Positions 1 through 9,832 of a stretch of 64,000 bases of DNA are shown here, in pieces. The DNA is from Anaerolineae bacterium (GTDB taxonomy: Bacteria > Chloroflexota > Anaerolineae > Aggregatilineales > J027). The notes under the pieces were generated by a model. The model was not told where the DNA came from. It was given only the letters and a program-made list of their open reading frames with translations, and ran no database searches. The stretch lies in NCBI GenBank assembly GCA_021463865.1, contig JAJTXY010000002.1, forward strand, positions 64,219 to 128,218, in the 5' to 3' direction. Each line of letters opens with the position of its first letter. The stretch's first letter is position 1. Both the position numbers and the translations under genes were made by a program.

Positions 1-13
1 AATCCTTTATGAC

Positions 14-811
14 TCATGACCCAAAATGACTCTCCAGCCAACGAATGGCATAGGCTGACAAATCAGCGGCATCTAACAGGTAGGAATCGGCTTGACCCAC
101 TTGGCCGCGCCGACCTTTGCCTTCGTCTAGATAGGCCATCGCAATCTGTTCAAACGAATAGTCATCATGAACTTCGCCAGTAGCATAATCTTCAATGTCG
201 AGCCATAGCTTCTGACCATTTTGCAGCACGGGGCATTGGTAATAAATGATCTTTTTGTGGCGCAGTTTTGCACAATATTCGGCGTAATGCAGCAACGTGA
301 TGGTATAGAGTGGCGCTCCAAGCATCAAGATCCGCCCGTTGAGTTGTACTAACTTCTCCAATGGTGAACCCGTTCCATACCCATAATTTAGGGGATGGTC
401 TTGAGTAAGCTGGACAGCGAGTTGGCCTAATGCCACCATCGAGGCTTCAGGGTTGGCGCTACGCTGAGTACCGGGCCAAGTCCGCAGGAACTCCACCAAA
501 ACACTGTTTTCGCGTACCGAGCGGGCAATCGCAGCGTCAAACGCGGGGTGCTGTTCGTAGTAGACCTGCCGAACTTCCGGCGATAACTCCCCCACAAAAT
601 CTGGGATGTCCTGCCAACCTGCATACATCATCACCGTACCAGTGGGTGTCAAGGCATCTAAAAGAGCCTGCAAAATAACGTTGGGGCCGCCCATGACGTG
701 GCCTACCGATTTCACTGAGGCGTGCAGCATTACGACCTGTCCGGGGCTTACCCCCAGTGCCTTGAACCCCTCGACCAATTGGGTCTGTGTATAAGGGATA
801 GAGTCACTCAT
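14..811 (-). CDS. aminoglycoside N(3)-acetyltransferase (AAC(3)) family protein
   Basis: ORF 14..865. Full-length AAC(3)-like pattern (LGVSPGQVVMLHASVKSVG, TLLHYAEY). The ATG at 811 fits the family N-terminus. The GTG at 865 has no RBS. Confidence 0.7.
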   Translation of the reverse strand: MSDSIPYTQTQLVEGFKALGVSPGQVVMLHASVKSVGHVMGGPNVILQALLDALTPTGTVMMYAGWQDIPDFVGELSPEVRQVYYEQHPAFDAAIARSVRENSVLVEFLRTWPGTQRSANPEASMVALGQLAVQLTQDHPLNYGYGTGSPLEKLVQLNGRILMLGAPLYTITLLHYAEYCAKLRHKKIIYYQCPVLQNGQKLWLDIEDYATGEVHDDYSFEQIAMAYLDEGKGRRGQVGQADSYLLDAADLSAYAIRWLESHFGS

Positions 812-898
812 TACTTGTTCTAATCCTTCTGCTCTATTCGTTTGTAATAAGGGCACTGAATCCACACTGCGGAATAGGCCGATGGGATTATCCTCCGA

Positions 899-1540
899 TC
901 AGGTAATGCGAAAATCATGGATGTGAGCGGTTTTGAGTCCCTCTGGGAGAATATAATGCGCCCGTCCAACCCGCTCATCTGGCCCGATCCCGATTGCATG
1001 AAAGCCACCAGCAATTGCAGCATCCACACCCGCTTCCGCATCTTCAAACACAAAACAACGAGTGGGCCATAGCCCCAGACGCCCCGCAACCCAAATAAAC
1101 AAATCCGGCGCAGGTTTATGATTAACCACGCAATAACCATCGCCGATTGCGTCAAAAAGGGGTTCAATCCCCAAACGGCGAATGACAGTCATGGCATTTT
1201 TACTAGCAGACCCCAAGCCTAGTCGAATACCTGTAACTTTGGCCTCCGTGAGGAAAGGGAGCACCCCGGGGAGTAGATCACCCGGAGTGATGTTTTCAAG
1301 CAATGCCTGATAGTAGTTGTTTTTGCGGGTTTCCATTTCAACCAATTTGTCTTCTGGAAAAACCCGCCCTTTGAGGAGTAGCTCGAGGCTGCGGCGGCGT
1401 GGCACCCCCCGCAGGGCCTCATTATCTTGGCGGGTAAAGGGGATATTTTCTTCATCCGCCAACTGCTTCCAAGCCTGATAATGATATTCGGCAGTGTCTG
1501 TAATGACCCCATCCAAATCGAAGATGAAACCGAGTTCCAT
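899..1540 (-). CDS. pgmB: beta-phosphoglucomutase (HAD superfamily)
   Basis: HAD motif I FDLDGVITDT and a beta-PGM-like sequence. It lies 1 nt downstream of the GH65 phosphorylase, which is the classical pairing. Confidence 0.85.
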   Translation of the reverse strand: MELGFIFDLDGVITDTAEYHYQAWKQLADEENIPFTRQDNEALRGVPRRRSLELLLKGRVFPEDKLVEMETRKNNYYQALLENITPGDLLPGVLPFLTEAKVTGIRLGLGSASKNAMTVIRRLGIEPLFDAIGDGYCVVNHKPAPDLFIWVAGRLGLWPTRCFVFEDAEAGVDAAIAGGFHAIGIGPDERVGRAHYILPEGLKTAHIHDFRIT

Positions 1541-1541
1541 G

Positions 1542-3698
1542 TTATTCCACCGTGATTGTCATAGGTGTGCCCCGATAGAAAATGCGGAAGGTTACACGCT
1601 TCCAATGCTCCGGCAAATGTGGACGGGTGATCGGGCCGTTCTCGGTCAATTCCAATCCGCACAACCCCTTCACAACCGCCTGCCATACTCCACCACAGCA
1701 GGCCGCATGGATGCCATCACGGACATTCCCTTTATGGTCATCCAGATCAAGGGTGGCAGCATAGATGAAATAGTCGTAGGCTTCTTCATTTAGACCTAAA
1801 TGGGCTGCCACAATCGCGTGCATGGCCGGACTAAGCGACGACCCGTGATCCACCACGCCGGAATATTCATCCCAGTTGCGGCGCAGGAAAACATCATCAC
1901 CTAACTGATTTCCAAGCAGGGCCATCAGCATCACTACATCCGCCTGTTTAATGACTCGTGACACTTGGGTTTTGGTATGACCCAAAATCATGTCCATATT
2001 GGTGGTGCGCGGAGTATAGTCCTCCAAGTTGATGGGTTTGAGTCGTTCAAAGAAGTTCTCAAATTGCTCAAATACACCATTCCGCATTGGAATCCACATT
2101 TTTTCGGTAACCGATTGCCAGTGGTCAAAAAGGGCATCGGACAGACCAAGCTGTTCAACTAATCGGGCTGCATCGGCAGGGTAGTGCTCGTGCAAATACG
2201 CCCAAACACCAAGCGCTTCCTGCAAATGCCAAACCACCATACGGTTCGTAAACACGCTGTTGTCAATATTTTCATGATATTCGTCCGGGCCGATTTGCTG
2301 ACGAAGTTCATAACGATCAAGCGCTTGGTTATATTCGACGCGACTACCCCAAAATTTGGCCGTATCCAGCACGATTTCTGCTCCATACTGCCGGAGCCAA
2401 TCATGATCGTGCGTCCAGTGCCAATAGTGCAGAATGGCATAGGCAATGTCTGTCGAAATATGCTGCTCATGATCCCCTGTCCAAATGCGAATTGGATTAC
2501 CATCCAATCCTGTCACCCAGCGCGGCGTGGTTTCTTCACCTGTATCAGCGCTTTCCCACGGGAACATCGCGCCCTGATAGCCCAATTCAGCCGCTTTGTG
2601 GCGAGCGCCCGGCAGATTGTGATAGCGATACATCAATAAACGCCGTGCCAAATCCGGCTGGGCAAGGGTAAGCGGTGGCAGGATAAATAATTCGGTGTCC
2701 CAAAATACATGCCCCTTATATCCGTGCCCGCTCAGTGTCTTTGCGCCAATACTGACCCGTTCCTCATGTGTTGGGCTGGCGATTAGAAAATGATAGGTAC
2801 AGAAACGCACGGCACGTTGGGCTATTTCGTCGCCTTCAATTTGAATGTCGAAATGCTGCCAATAGACATCCCACGCTTTAACGTGGTCGGCGTATAGGGT
2901 CGCGTAACCAGATTGAACCGCTGAACGGAGTGTACTCACCGCATTAATAACGGGGTCTTGTCCTTCGCGGCTGGTATGAAGCGATGCCAATTTGGTGAGC
3001 ACCACTTTTTGGTTTTGGGACACCTCAAACTTGCCCTGATATCCTTCCGCATCCATTTGGATGGTCGCGTTTATCCCCTCAATTTGCAGGTGGGCGGCCA
3101 TACCAATTTCGTATCCACTTGGCGCGGTCTTCCCATGCACGGTCACAAAGGGCTGGTCTTCTACGGATTTGAGAAAACCCCAATGATTCACGCCTTCGTA
3201 ATGATATGAAGTGCCTTGGAGAGGGGCATTTACCTCAATCGTATGTTCGCCTTCATTCAGCACCTGCACCAAAACCTGCACGCCCATCACATGGGGATTT
3301 GCAAGGCTGGCAAATCGCTCGAAAGCAAGACGTACCGTATCACCATTTGGGGAACGCCACAGCACCCCCCGCCGCAAAACCGCCTCTTTTAAATTCAAGG
3401 TGCGGTCATAGCCGAGGATTTTGCCTTCACTGAGTTGAAACCAAGCGCCGTTCACGGCAATGTGGAGCGACAGCCAATTGGGAAGTGGCACTAATTCTGG
3501 CACAATCTGTTCCGAGGTCTGGTTAAATATACCCGCTGCCAGTGTTAAGGCACTATCATTGGGATACCCCTCCTCAAAACTGCCGCGCACCCCTACCAAG
3601 CCATTGCCGATGGTATAAATCGTTTCTGAATGTAATAATTGACCGGGTTTAAAGGGATATTCGGTCACTTCCCATTGTCTGCGTTCAAAAGACTTCAT
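1542..3698 (-). CDS. GH65 family disaccharide phosphorylase (maltose/trehalose/kojibiose phosphorylase-like)
   Basis: 718-aa ORF with GH65 hallmarks, including the catalytic-acid region IGPDEYHE. ATGA overlap with the upstream LacI gene. Confidence 0.85.
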   Translation of the reverse strand: MKSFERRQWEVTEYPFKPGQLLHSETIYTIGNGLVGVRGSFEEGYPNDSALTLAAGIFNQTSEQIVPELVPLPNWLSLHIAVNGAWFQLSEGKILGYDRTLNLKEAVLRRGVLWRSPNGDTVRLAFERFASLANPHVMGVQVLVQVLNEGEHTIEVNAPLQGTSYHYEGVNHWGFLKSVEDQPFVTVHGKTAPSGYEIGMAAHLQIEGINATIQMDAEGYQGKFEVSQNQKVVLTKLASLHTSREGQDPVINAVSTLRSAVQSGYATLYADHVKAWDVYWQHFDIQIEGDEIAQRAVRFCTYHFLIASPTHEERVSIGAKTLSGHGYKGHVFWDTELFILPPLTLAQPDLARRLLMYRYHNLPGARHKAAELGYQGAMFPWESADTGEETTPRWVTGLDGNPIRIWTGDHEQHISTDIAYAILHYWHWTHDHDWLRQYGAEIVLDTAKFWGSRVEYNQALDRYELRQQIGPDEYHENIDNSVFTNRMVVWHLQEALGVWAYLHEHYPADAARLVEQLGLSDALFDHWQSVTEKMWIPMRNGVFEQFENFFERLKPINLEDYTPRTTNMDMILGHTKTQVSRVIKQADVVMLMALLGNQLGDDVFLRRNWDEYSGVVDHGSSLSPAMHAIVAAHLGLNEEAYDYFIYAATLDLDDHKGNVRDGIHAACCGGVWQAVVKGLCGLELTENGPITRPHLPEHWKRVTFRIFYRGTPMTITVE

Positions 3699-4708
3699 TG
3701 ACCAAAATCTCCAAGACTGCTTGCTCGAACGACAAGCGTGGGTAAAAGTAGATGCTGTTGCGGAACAAACGACTCATCATCAATTTGTTGGATGAGCATC
3801 TCGACCATTAACGCGGCAACATCTTCGATGGGTTGACGCACCGAAGTTAAAGGTGGAGTCAAAAATTCGCCCAGCGGTATATCGTCAAAACCTGTGATCG
3901 CGGCCCGGTAGCCCCGGTCACGTAGCGCCTGCATTGCGCCGAGCGCAATCGTATCGCTCATGGCGACAATTCCGGTTGGGCGCGTTGGTAAATCTAACAA
4001 GACTTGAGCAGCCAGATAGCCATCCGACACACGATGTTCCGCAACCACCACCAATTCCGGATTATAGGGCACACCAGAGTCCGCGAGCGCCGCCACATAG
4101 CCTCGGTAGCGGGCATCTCCAGAGACCGAGCCCTCTGGCTCACGGATTAAAGCGATTCGGCGATGTCCCTGTTCAATAAGATGCTGGGTTGCCATACGAA
4201 TACCATTCATTCCATCTACGTCCACCCAGCACGTTTCTTCATCGAGAAGCGAAGTGCTCTGCCCAAATGCCACAAACGGAAATTTGATCTTGTGCAGGTG
4301 CTGGATGCGCACGTCATAATGTACGGTATGCGACAGTATAAATCCGTCTACCCGCTGGCTCTTGATAAGATCATCGTAAACAGCTAATCCGTTTTCGGCA
4401 GGAGCACGTACCAAAAGCAGATGACGGCCACGCTGTTCGATATAAAACATTGTGTAATGCAAAAACTCTTCTAAGATAGCGTTGACATCACCCGGGCTTG
4501 GCCCAAAGTTCCAAGGATACCCGACGATACGAGCGCGGTTATCACGCAGGCTCTGAGCGCCAATGCGCGGCACATAACCTAAGCGTTCCACCACGTCCAT
4601 AACCTTTTGGCGGGTTTCCTCACTAATGTGGCCTTTATTGTTGAGCACATACGAGACTGTTGTGACCGACACACCAGCTTCGCGTGCTACTTCCCGAATT
4701 GAAATCAT
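3695..4708 (-). CDS. LacI family transcriptional regulator
   Basis: N-terminal HTH MISIREVAREAGVSVTTVSYVLNNKG plus a periplasmic-binding-protein-like sugar domain. The ATG at 4708 overlaps the upstream stop as ATGA. The longer ORF up to 4918 overlaps the upstream gene. Confidence 0.85.
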   Translation of the reverse strand: MISIREVAREAGVSVTTVSYVLNNKGHISEETRQKVMDVVERLGYVPRIGAQSLRDNRARIVGYPWNFGPSPGDVNAILEEFLHYTMFYIEQRGRHLLLVRAPAENGLAVYDDLIKSQRVDGFILSHTVHYDVRIQHLHKIKFPFVAFGQSTSLLDEETCWVDVDGMNGIRMATQHLIEQGHRRIALIREPEGSVSGDARYRGYVAALADSGVPYNPELVVVAEHRVSDGYLAAQVLLDLPTRPTGIVAMSDTIALGAMQALRDRGYRAAITGFDDIPLGEFLTPPLTSVRQPIEDVAALMVEMLIQQIDDESFVPQQHLLLPTLVVRASSLGDFGQ

Positions 4709-5337
4709 GAGTGTTTTTCCTGAGATGATCGAAACTCCGCAAGGCGATTTAAGACAGCCGCCGTGCCTACGGCAGCAACAGTGCTCCATGTCAACAAAAT
4801 CCATAACATGGGGAGCACCGTACTGATAGCGGATAGGAGCATAACGCCTAGCACAACAGCGAATGTAAAAAGTGGGTTCTTGAGGGTCATCACCAATGCG
4901 TTGCGGGTCGCCCCCCAAACAGACGGGTTTTCCATTTCATAATACAATGCCCACGTATACAGCACGACCCCGCCCCATGCGAATGTGCTGCATAACCATG
5001 CAAGTCGCAGACAGTAAACCGCAAAACCCGGCACATCATTATAGGCCAAAAAATTGGAAAATGTGACCCCCACAAACAATACATTCACCATGCCCCACGG
5101 CAAAGCACGCCATAAATTCTCGCAGAATGTTTCCCAAAACAGGCCGAGATCAGCAGTGGTGGGTTCGGTCTGTGTTTCATACGCCATCCGCACCAATGCA
5201 CTGTAAGCAGCAGGGGCAGTGACAATCGGCAGGGACAATAGCAAAAAAGCCAGATTGCCCCAAATATAGGCATAGCCGTTTCGCCGCACACTGTTGATGC
5301 CTTGCAATACCACACGCCACCCCTGCCAAATTGCCAT
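4705..5337 (-). CDS. DUF624/YesL-like integral membrane protein
   Basis: 210-aa multi-TM ORF. It sits in the position typical of YesL-type proteins in sugar ABC operons. Confidence 0.6.
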   Translation of the reverse strand: MAIWQGWRVVLQGINSVRRNGYAYIWGNLAFLLLSLPIVTAPAAYSALVRMAYETQTEPTTADLGLFWETFCENLWRALPWGMVNVLFVGVTFSNFLAYNDVPGFAVYCLRLAWLCSTFAWGGVVLYTWALYYEMENPSVWGATRNALVMTLKNPLFTFAVVLGVMLLSAISTVLPMLWILLTWSTVAAVGTAAVLNRLAEFRSSQEKHS

Positions 5338-5343
5338 GTCGCT

Positions 5344-6327
5344 TTATCCTTTTAGTCCTGTATAGCTGACCCCCTCTACAAAATATCGTTGAAACATAAA
5401 GAAAATCAAGGCTAAGGGCAAGGTGGTAATCACCGAACCCGCCAGAAAAGAGTGCCAGCGGAGTTGCTCACCAAATTCGCCACGCAAGAATGACAACCCC
5501 AAAGGTAGCGTCCACAATTCGCTCTTGGATGAAACCAGCAGCAGTACCTGAAGAAACTCATTCCACATGCCCTGAAAGCTGAAAATCGCTAGGGCAGTCA
5601 TGGCAGGGGTGGAAATGGGCAGAATAAGGCGGAAAAAGATGGTAAAACGACCTGCACCATCTACCATTGCAGCTTCTTCGAGTTCCTTGGGAATAGATTC
5701 AAAAAACTGCTTCATCAAAAACACCCCAAATAGGCTGGCCGAAAATGGAATAATCAGGGCGGGATAGCTGTTGAGCAGACCAATCTCCTTTAGGAGGATA
5801 AAACGTGGCAGCAGCAGCACAATTCCCGGGATCATCAACAGGCTTAACACAAAAAAGAAAATGATGCGATTGCCGGGAAATTTGAGGCGAGCCAGTGAAT
5901 ATCCGGCCAGCGAATCAAACAAAAGGCGTAGGAACATCACCCCCAATGACACAAAAGCAGTATTAAACAACCAGCGCGGTAACTTCTGATCAAAAATTTC
6001 CCGATAGCCGTCGAGTGTTGGGTTAAAAGTAACTTGTTTAGAAGTCTCGTCCGCTGGGAGAACTGTTTTCCGTTCCCGCCCTGTGTCATCAATAATGGTG
6101 GGTTCGCACGTTACATCCATCGGCGGGACAGGCACCAGTGATTGCGGATAGGCTTGGATAGCAGGTAAGCATTTAAACGAATTACTGATCGTAAAAAGAA
6201 ACGGCAGGATTTGTATCAACGCGAAGATGACCAGAACAGTATAACCAATCGTCGGCATGGCGACATTCATCATTCGTCGGGTGCCACTGCGAGCCTGTTG
6301 GGTTTGGGTGGAGGCAATGGTTGTCAT
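5344..6327 (-). CDS. carbohydrate ABC transporter permease (MalG-like)
   Basis: Multi-TM protein with an EAA-loop region (KELEEAAMVDGAG). Adjacent to the second permease. Confidence 0.85.
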   Translation of the reverse strand: MTTIASTQTQQARSGTRRMMNVAMPTIGYTVLVIFALIQILPFLFTISNSFKCLPAIQAYPQSLVPVPPMDVTCEPTIIDDTGRERKTVLPADETSKQVTFNPTLDGYREIFDQKLPRWLFNTAFVSLGVMFLRLLFDSLAGYSLARLKFPGNRIIFFFVLSLLMIPGIVLLLPRFILLKEIGLLNSYPALIIPFSASLFGVFLMKQFFESIPKELEEAAMVDGAGRFTIFFRLILPISTPAMTALAIFSFQGMWNEFLQVLLLVSSKSELWTLPLGLSFLRGEFGEQLRWHSFLAGSVITTLPLALIFFMFQRYFVEGVSYTGLKG

Positions 6328-6340
6328 TTGAAGGTCTCCT

Positions 6341-7438
6341 TTACCAATTGGCTCGTTCGCCGCCGAAAAATCGGCGCTGCACGACGGTGAAGATGAAGAT
6401 AATCACAAATAGAATCATCGCGGTGGCAGTTGCTAACCCCATGTTGGAGCCAGTACCAAACGCATTGCGATACACCAAAACAGCCACCGTTAACGTCGCA
6501 TCACCTCCCCCGATGATATACACTTGGTCAAACACTTGAAAACAACCGATTAGCCCGAGGGTGATGACAAAAAATGTTGTAGGCTTGAGCAAGGGAACTG
6601 TCACTTTACGGAAGATTTGCCAGACATTCGCACCATCAATCGCGGCTGCCTCATATACATAGGACGGGATGTTTTGGAGGGCGGCAAGGAAGATCACCAT
6701 CAGCGTACCAATGGTTGTCCACGTATTGAGGATCATAATCATCAACATCGTCACACTTGGGCCGCTGATCCAATCCCACGTCCGCAACCCATAATGTTTC
6801 TCGCTGGCCCAATCACCCACATCGGCACGGGTGACCCCGAATTGTTTCAGTACCCAATGAAACACACCTGTTGAATCATCTGTCCAGTTGATGGCTTTAT
6901 CGCCATAGGCGGGATACAACAATTCAATAAAGGCGTTCACCAAGCCCCCGCGTGAAAACAGCCAAAGGAACACAATCGAAATCACCACCGAGGATGTGAT
7001 CGAAGGTAGATAGGCAATCGTGCGAAATGTGCCGCGTGCCTTCAGCCATTTCTGATTGACGATAACGGCCAAAATCAGGGCGATAAGCGTTTGAGTCGGC
7101 ACTACCCCAATCACATAATAGGTCGTGTTTTTGACGGCGGTAAAAAATCGGGTTTGACGGCGACCTTCTTGGGTCAACAGTTGTTGATAATTGTCATCGC
7201 CAATGGTTTCAAAGGCATCATCATCTCGGAGGGGGGTAATACCATTCCAGTCGGTGAAACTGATATATACAGCTATGACCAGCGGAATCACCAAAAACAC
7301 GATGAATATAATCAAAGCTGGGGTCAAAAACAGATAACCCGCAACTGTTTCCTCAAACTTGGTGGTGCGCATGGTCGTGACTTTTTGGGGAGGTATGGCG
7401 GGGACAGCCCCGCTGGTAGGGCTTTTTTCTTCAATCAT
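6341..7438 (-). CDS. carbohydrate ABC transporter permease (MalF-like)
   Basis: EAA loop YEAAAIDGAN. I chose the ATG at 7438 (RBS AAAGGG 5 nt upstream) because the ORF's 5' extension to 7507 lies inside the 7488-7526 stem-loop. Confidence 0.8.
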   Translation of the reverse strand: MIEEKSPTSGAVPAIPPQKVTTMRTTKFEETVAGYLFLTPALIIFIVFLVIPLVIAVYISFTDWNGITPLRDDDAFETIGDDNYQQLLTQEGRRQTRFFTAVKNTTYYVIGVVPTQTLIALILAVIVNQKWLKARGTFRTIAYLPSITSSVVISIVFLWLFSRGGLVNAFIELLYPAYGDKAINWTDDSTGVFHWVLKQFGVTRADVGDWASEKHYGLRTWDWISGPSVTMLMIMILNTWTTIGTLMVIFLAALQNIPSYVYEAAAIDGANVWQIFRKVTVPLLKPTTFFVITLGLIGCFQVFDQVYIIGGGDATLTVAVLVYRNAFGTGSNMGLATATAMILFVIIFIFTVVQRRFFGGERANW

Positions 7439-7487
7439 GGGAACCCTTTCTGTCAATAAATCTAGTTGAGGAAGCGCAAAAACAAAA

Positions 7488-7526
7488 GGGAGCATCCCGT
7501 CTGTCAATCACAGATGGAACGCTCCC
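7488..7526 (-). other. intercistronic stem-loop after the substrate-binding protein gene
   Basis: GGGAGC (7488-7493) pairs with GCTCCC (7521-7526), extended by an imperfect inner stem (GTCTGT/ACAGAT). It lies between the SBP stop codon and the permease start. Confidence 0.55.
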
Positions 7527-7539
7527 TAAGAAATAGTCT

Positions 7540-8763
7540 TTATTCGGCGAGAATTTCCTCGGCAATTGCTACTGAGTCTTCCAAAACCTCTTCCGGCAGC
7601 ATATTGCCAGCCATCGCTTCTTTCAGGCCATTGTTGAAGGTATCAATGAAGTCACCAAAACCAACAGGGAATTGCCAACGATGTGCATTGGCCGCACCTG
7701 TGACGAAGGCTTCGAATTCAATGCCACGAGTTTCCAGCCAGACTGCGGCGGCATCTTCACGGGCAGGCATGACACCAAAACCAGCTTCAGCAACCATCGT
7801 CGCACCTTCAGGGCCAGTCAGGAAGTTCGCCAAAGCCCATGATTCTTCAGGGTGATCGTTATCCGCAGCCACACCATAGCACACAGTAAAGGCCATCGTC
7901 GCTTCGCCAGCAGGGCCAGCAGGCAGTTCGACGACACCATACTCAATGTCAGGATAATTCTCTTCGAGGGCACCAATGACCCAGTTGCCTTCCATCGCCA
8001 TGGCAGCGCGTCCAGTACCAAAGGCTTCACCACCCCAGCCTGCATCGAGTTCGGAAGGGGGAGCAGCAATGCCATCTTCCACCATCCCCAAGTAGAGTTC
8101 AAGGGCGGTCATGGCTTCTTCACTGTCAAAGGTTACTTCTGTGCCATCTTCGCTCAACACCGAGCCACCGGCCTGATAGAGGAAGGGTAGCCAGCGCGGC
8201 AGTTCAGGCGGAACCACCAACCCTACAGTGTCACCGCTGGTGAGGGCTTCAGCGGCGGCGGTCAGATCGTCCCATGTCCAATCGTTAGTTGGGTATTCCA
8301 GTCCAGCGGCATCGAACAGGGCTTTGTTGTATTGCAAAGCCATTGTCGAAAAGTCTTTGGGTGGGCAATAAAATGTGTCATCAATGGTGAACACATCCAC
8401 TAGAGAGGGGAAAAAGCCTTCTGGGTCAACGATCATGTCACCCCCAGCGGCGATTACACCAGCGTCCACAAAATCGGGTAGGCGGCTGCTATCCACGTAA
8501 AAGACATTCGGCGCATCACCACTGGCAAATGCTGCTTGGAGGGTGGTGTCATATTCGGGGACAAGCTGTAAATCAACATTAATATTCGGATTGGCCTCTT
8601 CAAAGGCCGCAATCATTTCTTCGAGCGCCGCATTTTCGGCTGGGGAGGATGACCAACCCATCAATTGGATCGTCACGGTATCTTGAGCGCGGCTGGAGGG
8701 AACACGGGCGAAAAATGCGAGAGCGAGGGTTAAGACAAGTACGAGTGCTAGTGAGCGTTTCAT
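7540..8763 (-). CDS. sugar ABC transporter substrate-binding protein
   Basis: Signal peptide MKRSLALVLVLTLALAFF followed by family-1 solute-binding protein sequence. The ATG at 8763 has an AGGAGG RBS 6 nt upstream. Confidence 0.85.
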   Translation of the reverse strand: MKRSLALVLVLTLALAFFARVPSSRAQDTVTIQLMGWSSSPAENAALEEMIAAFEEANPNINVDLQLVPEYDTTLQAAFASGDAPNVFYVDSSRLPDFVDAGVIAAGGDMIVDPEGFFPSLVDVFTIDDTFYCPPKDFSTMALQYNKALFDAAGLEYPTNDWTWDDLTAAAEALTSGDTVGLVVPPELPRWLPFLYQAGGSVLSEDGTEVTFDSEEAMTALELYLGMVEDGIAAPPSELDAGWGGEAFGTGRAAMAMEGNWVIGALEENYPDIEYGVVELPAGPAGEATMAFTVCYGVAADNDHPEESWALANFLTGPEGATMVAEAGFGVMPAREDAAAVWLETRGIEFEAFVTGAANAHRWQFPVGFGDFIDTFNNGLKEAMAGNMLPEEVLEDSVAIAEEILAE

Positions 8764-8806
8764 CAAAAACCTCCTAAAAAATCTCACTTGTTCAAGATGC
8801 TCTAAG

Positions 8807-8832
8807 GTGAAACGATTTACTGAAACGTTTCA
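8807..8832. promoter_or_regulatory. LacI/GalR-type operator(s) upstream of the ABC/GH65 operon
   Basis: Perfect palindrome TGAAACGTTTCA at 8821-8832. A degenerate copy TGAAACGATTTAC lies at 8808-8820. A TTGACA -35-like hexamer (minus strand) is at 8866-8871. Confidence 0.6.
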
Positions 8833-8977
8833 CTAAAATCATATTTTGACGCATCTCCCAAACCTTGTCAAGTAGGTCGCAAAAAGTCGCGTCCGGCTGC
8901 CCTTGCGCGGTTATCCATAAGCGATTGAGAGGTATTTTGTCGAATTGCGGGCAAAACCGCTGGGTGTGTGTTAACTA

Positions 8978-9832
8978 TCAATCATCGTCACTATCCTCAC
9001 CACCCCCGTTGTCATTGCTATTGGTGTTGTCGTTATCGTCGCCTTCATCACTGTCATCATCGTTGTCATTTTCACTGCCATTATCGTTATTGCTTCCACT
9101 GTTATCGTCAAGCGTCGGTGGTGGATTTTGAGGTGGCAACGGCGTCGAGCCGGCAGGGAGCCGTGTCGGTATTAATGAGGTATTGGTAGGAGTAGTGGTA
9201 CGGGTCAAGGTTGCGTGAGGTGTACTCGTGTGGCTGGAAGTTATACTGGGCGTGCGAGAAGCAGTTCTTGTACTTGTCACGGTCAATGTGCGGGTACTAG
9301 ACGTTGTAGCTGTCGGCGTTGAAGAACGCGACGGACTAGCCGTTGGGGAACTGGTGGAAGTACGAGTCAAAGATGCTGTAGTAGTGGCTGTGGGTGTGCC
9401 CGATACCATCGGCGAAAAGGTTGCAGTCGGTGAATCAGTTATGGATGGTTGTGCTGATGGAGTGCCAAACTGAACATCATCATTATCTAGGTCAATAATA
9501 CCCGTAGCGACCAATCCTGCGCCGCTACCAATGATACAGAGGCAGGTCAGCATTAGGGCGGCGGCAATATTTAAGATAGGGGGTAAAGTATAGATTCTTC
9601 GACTTGGGGTGGCATGATACTCGCGCAGCACCTCGGATCGTATGCGGTCTTGCGACTCAGCAATCTCGGCTGAGGGGACTCGTAGCTGCTGGATGCCACG
9701 TGTTATCTCGAGCATAGGTCGCAGTGTATCTGCATAGTTGGGATATTGGCGCAAAACATCCTCAATTGGCTGACCATCGTGGAGACGCTCTACACAATCG
9801 TTGAAGATTTCAGGCATGGGCCAATCAGCCAT
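8978..9832 (-). CDS. putative anti-sigma factor, single-pass membrane protein with a Thr/Ser/Pro-rich region and an Asp/Asn-rich C-terminal tail
   Basis: Overlaps the ECF sigma gene stop by 8 nt. The ATG at 9832 has an AGGAGGA RBS. One TM segment (ILNIAAALMLTCLCIIGSGAGLV). The call rests on position and topology only. Confidence 0.55.
   Translation of the reverse strand: MADWPMPEIFNDCVERLHDGQPIEDVLRQYPNYADTLRPMLEITRGIQQLRVPSAEIAESQDRIRSEVLREYHATPSRRIYTLPPILNIAAALMLTCLCIIGSGAGLVATGIIDLDNDDVQFGTPSAQPSITDSPTATFSPMVSGTPTATTTASLTRTSTSSPTASPSRSSTPTATTSSTRTLTVTSTRTASRTPSITSSHTSTPHATLTRTTTPTNTSLIPTRLPAGSTPLPPQNPPPTLDDNSGSNNDNGSENDNDDDSDEGDDNDNTNSNDNGGGEDSDDD
8981..9109 (-). repeat. low-complexity GAT/GAC/AAT/AAC-rich coding repeat (Asp/Asn/Ser/Gly tail)
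   Basis: Encodes DDNSGSNNDNGSENDNDDDSDEGDDNDNTNSNDNGGGEDSDDD*. It generates shadow ORFs in other frames and on the other strand. Confidence 0.8.

Noticed and set aside
4709-4918. A 70-codon N-terminal extension of the LacI ORF. A similar 60-codon extension exists on the ABC ATPase ORF (36471-36650).
   Set aside because: Both extensions overlap the upstream genes and are Cys/Arg-rich nonsense. The internal ATGs give canonical family N-termini (HTH; MIKIEHL...), and the LacI ATG also makes an ATGA overlap with the upstream stop.
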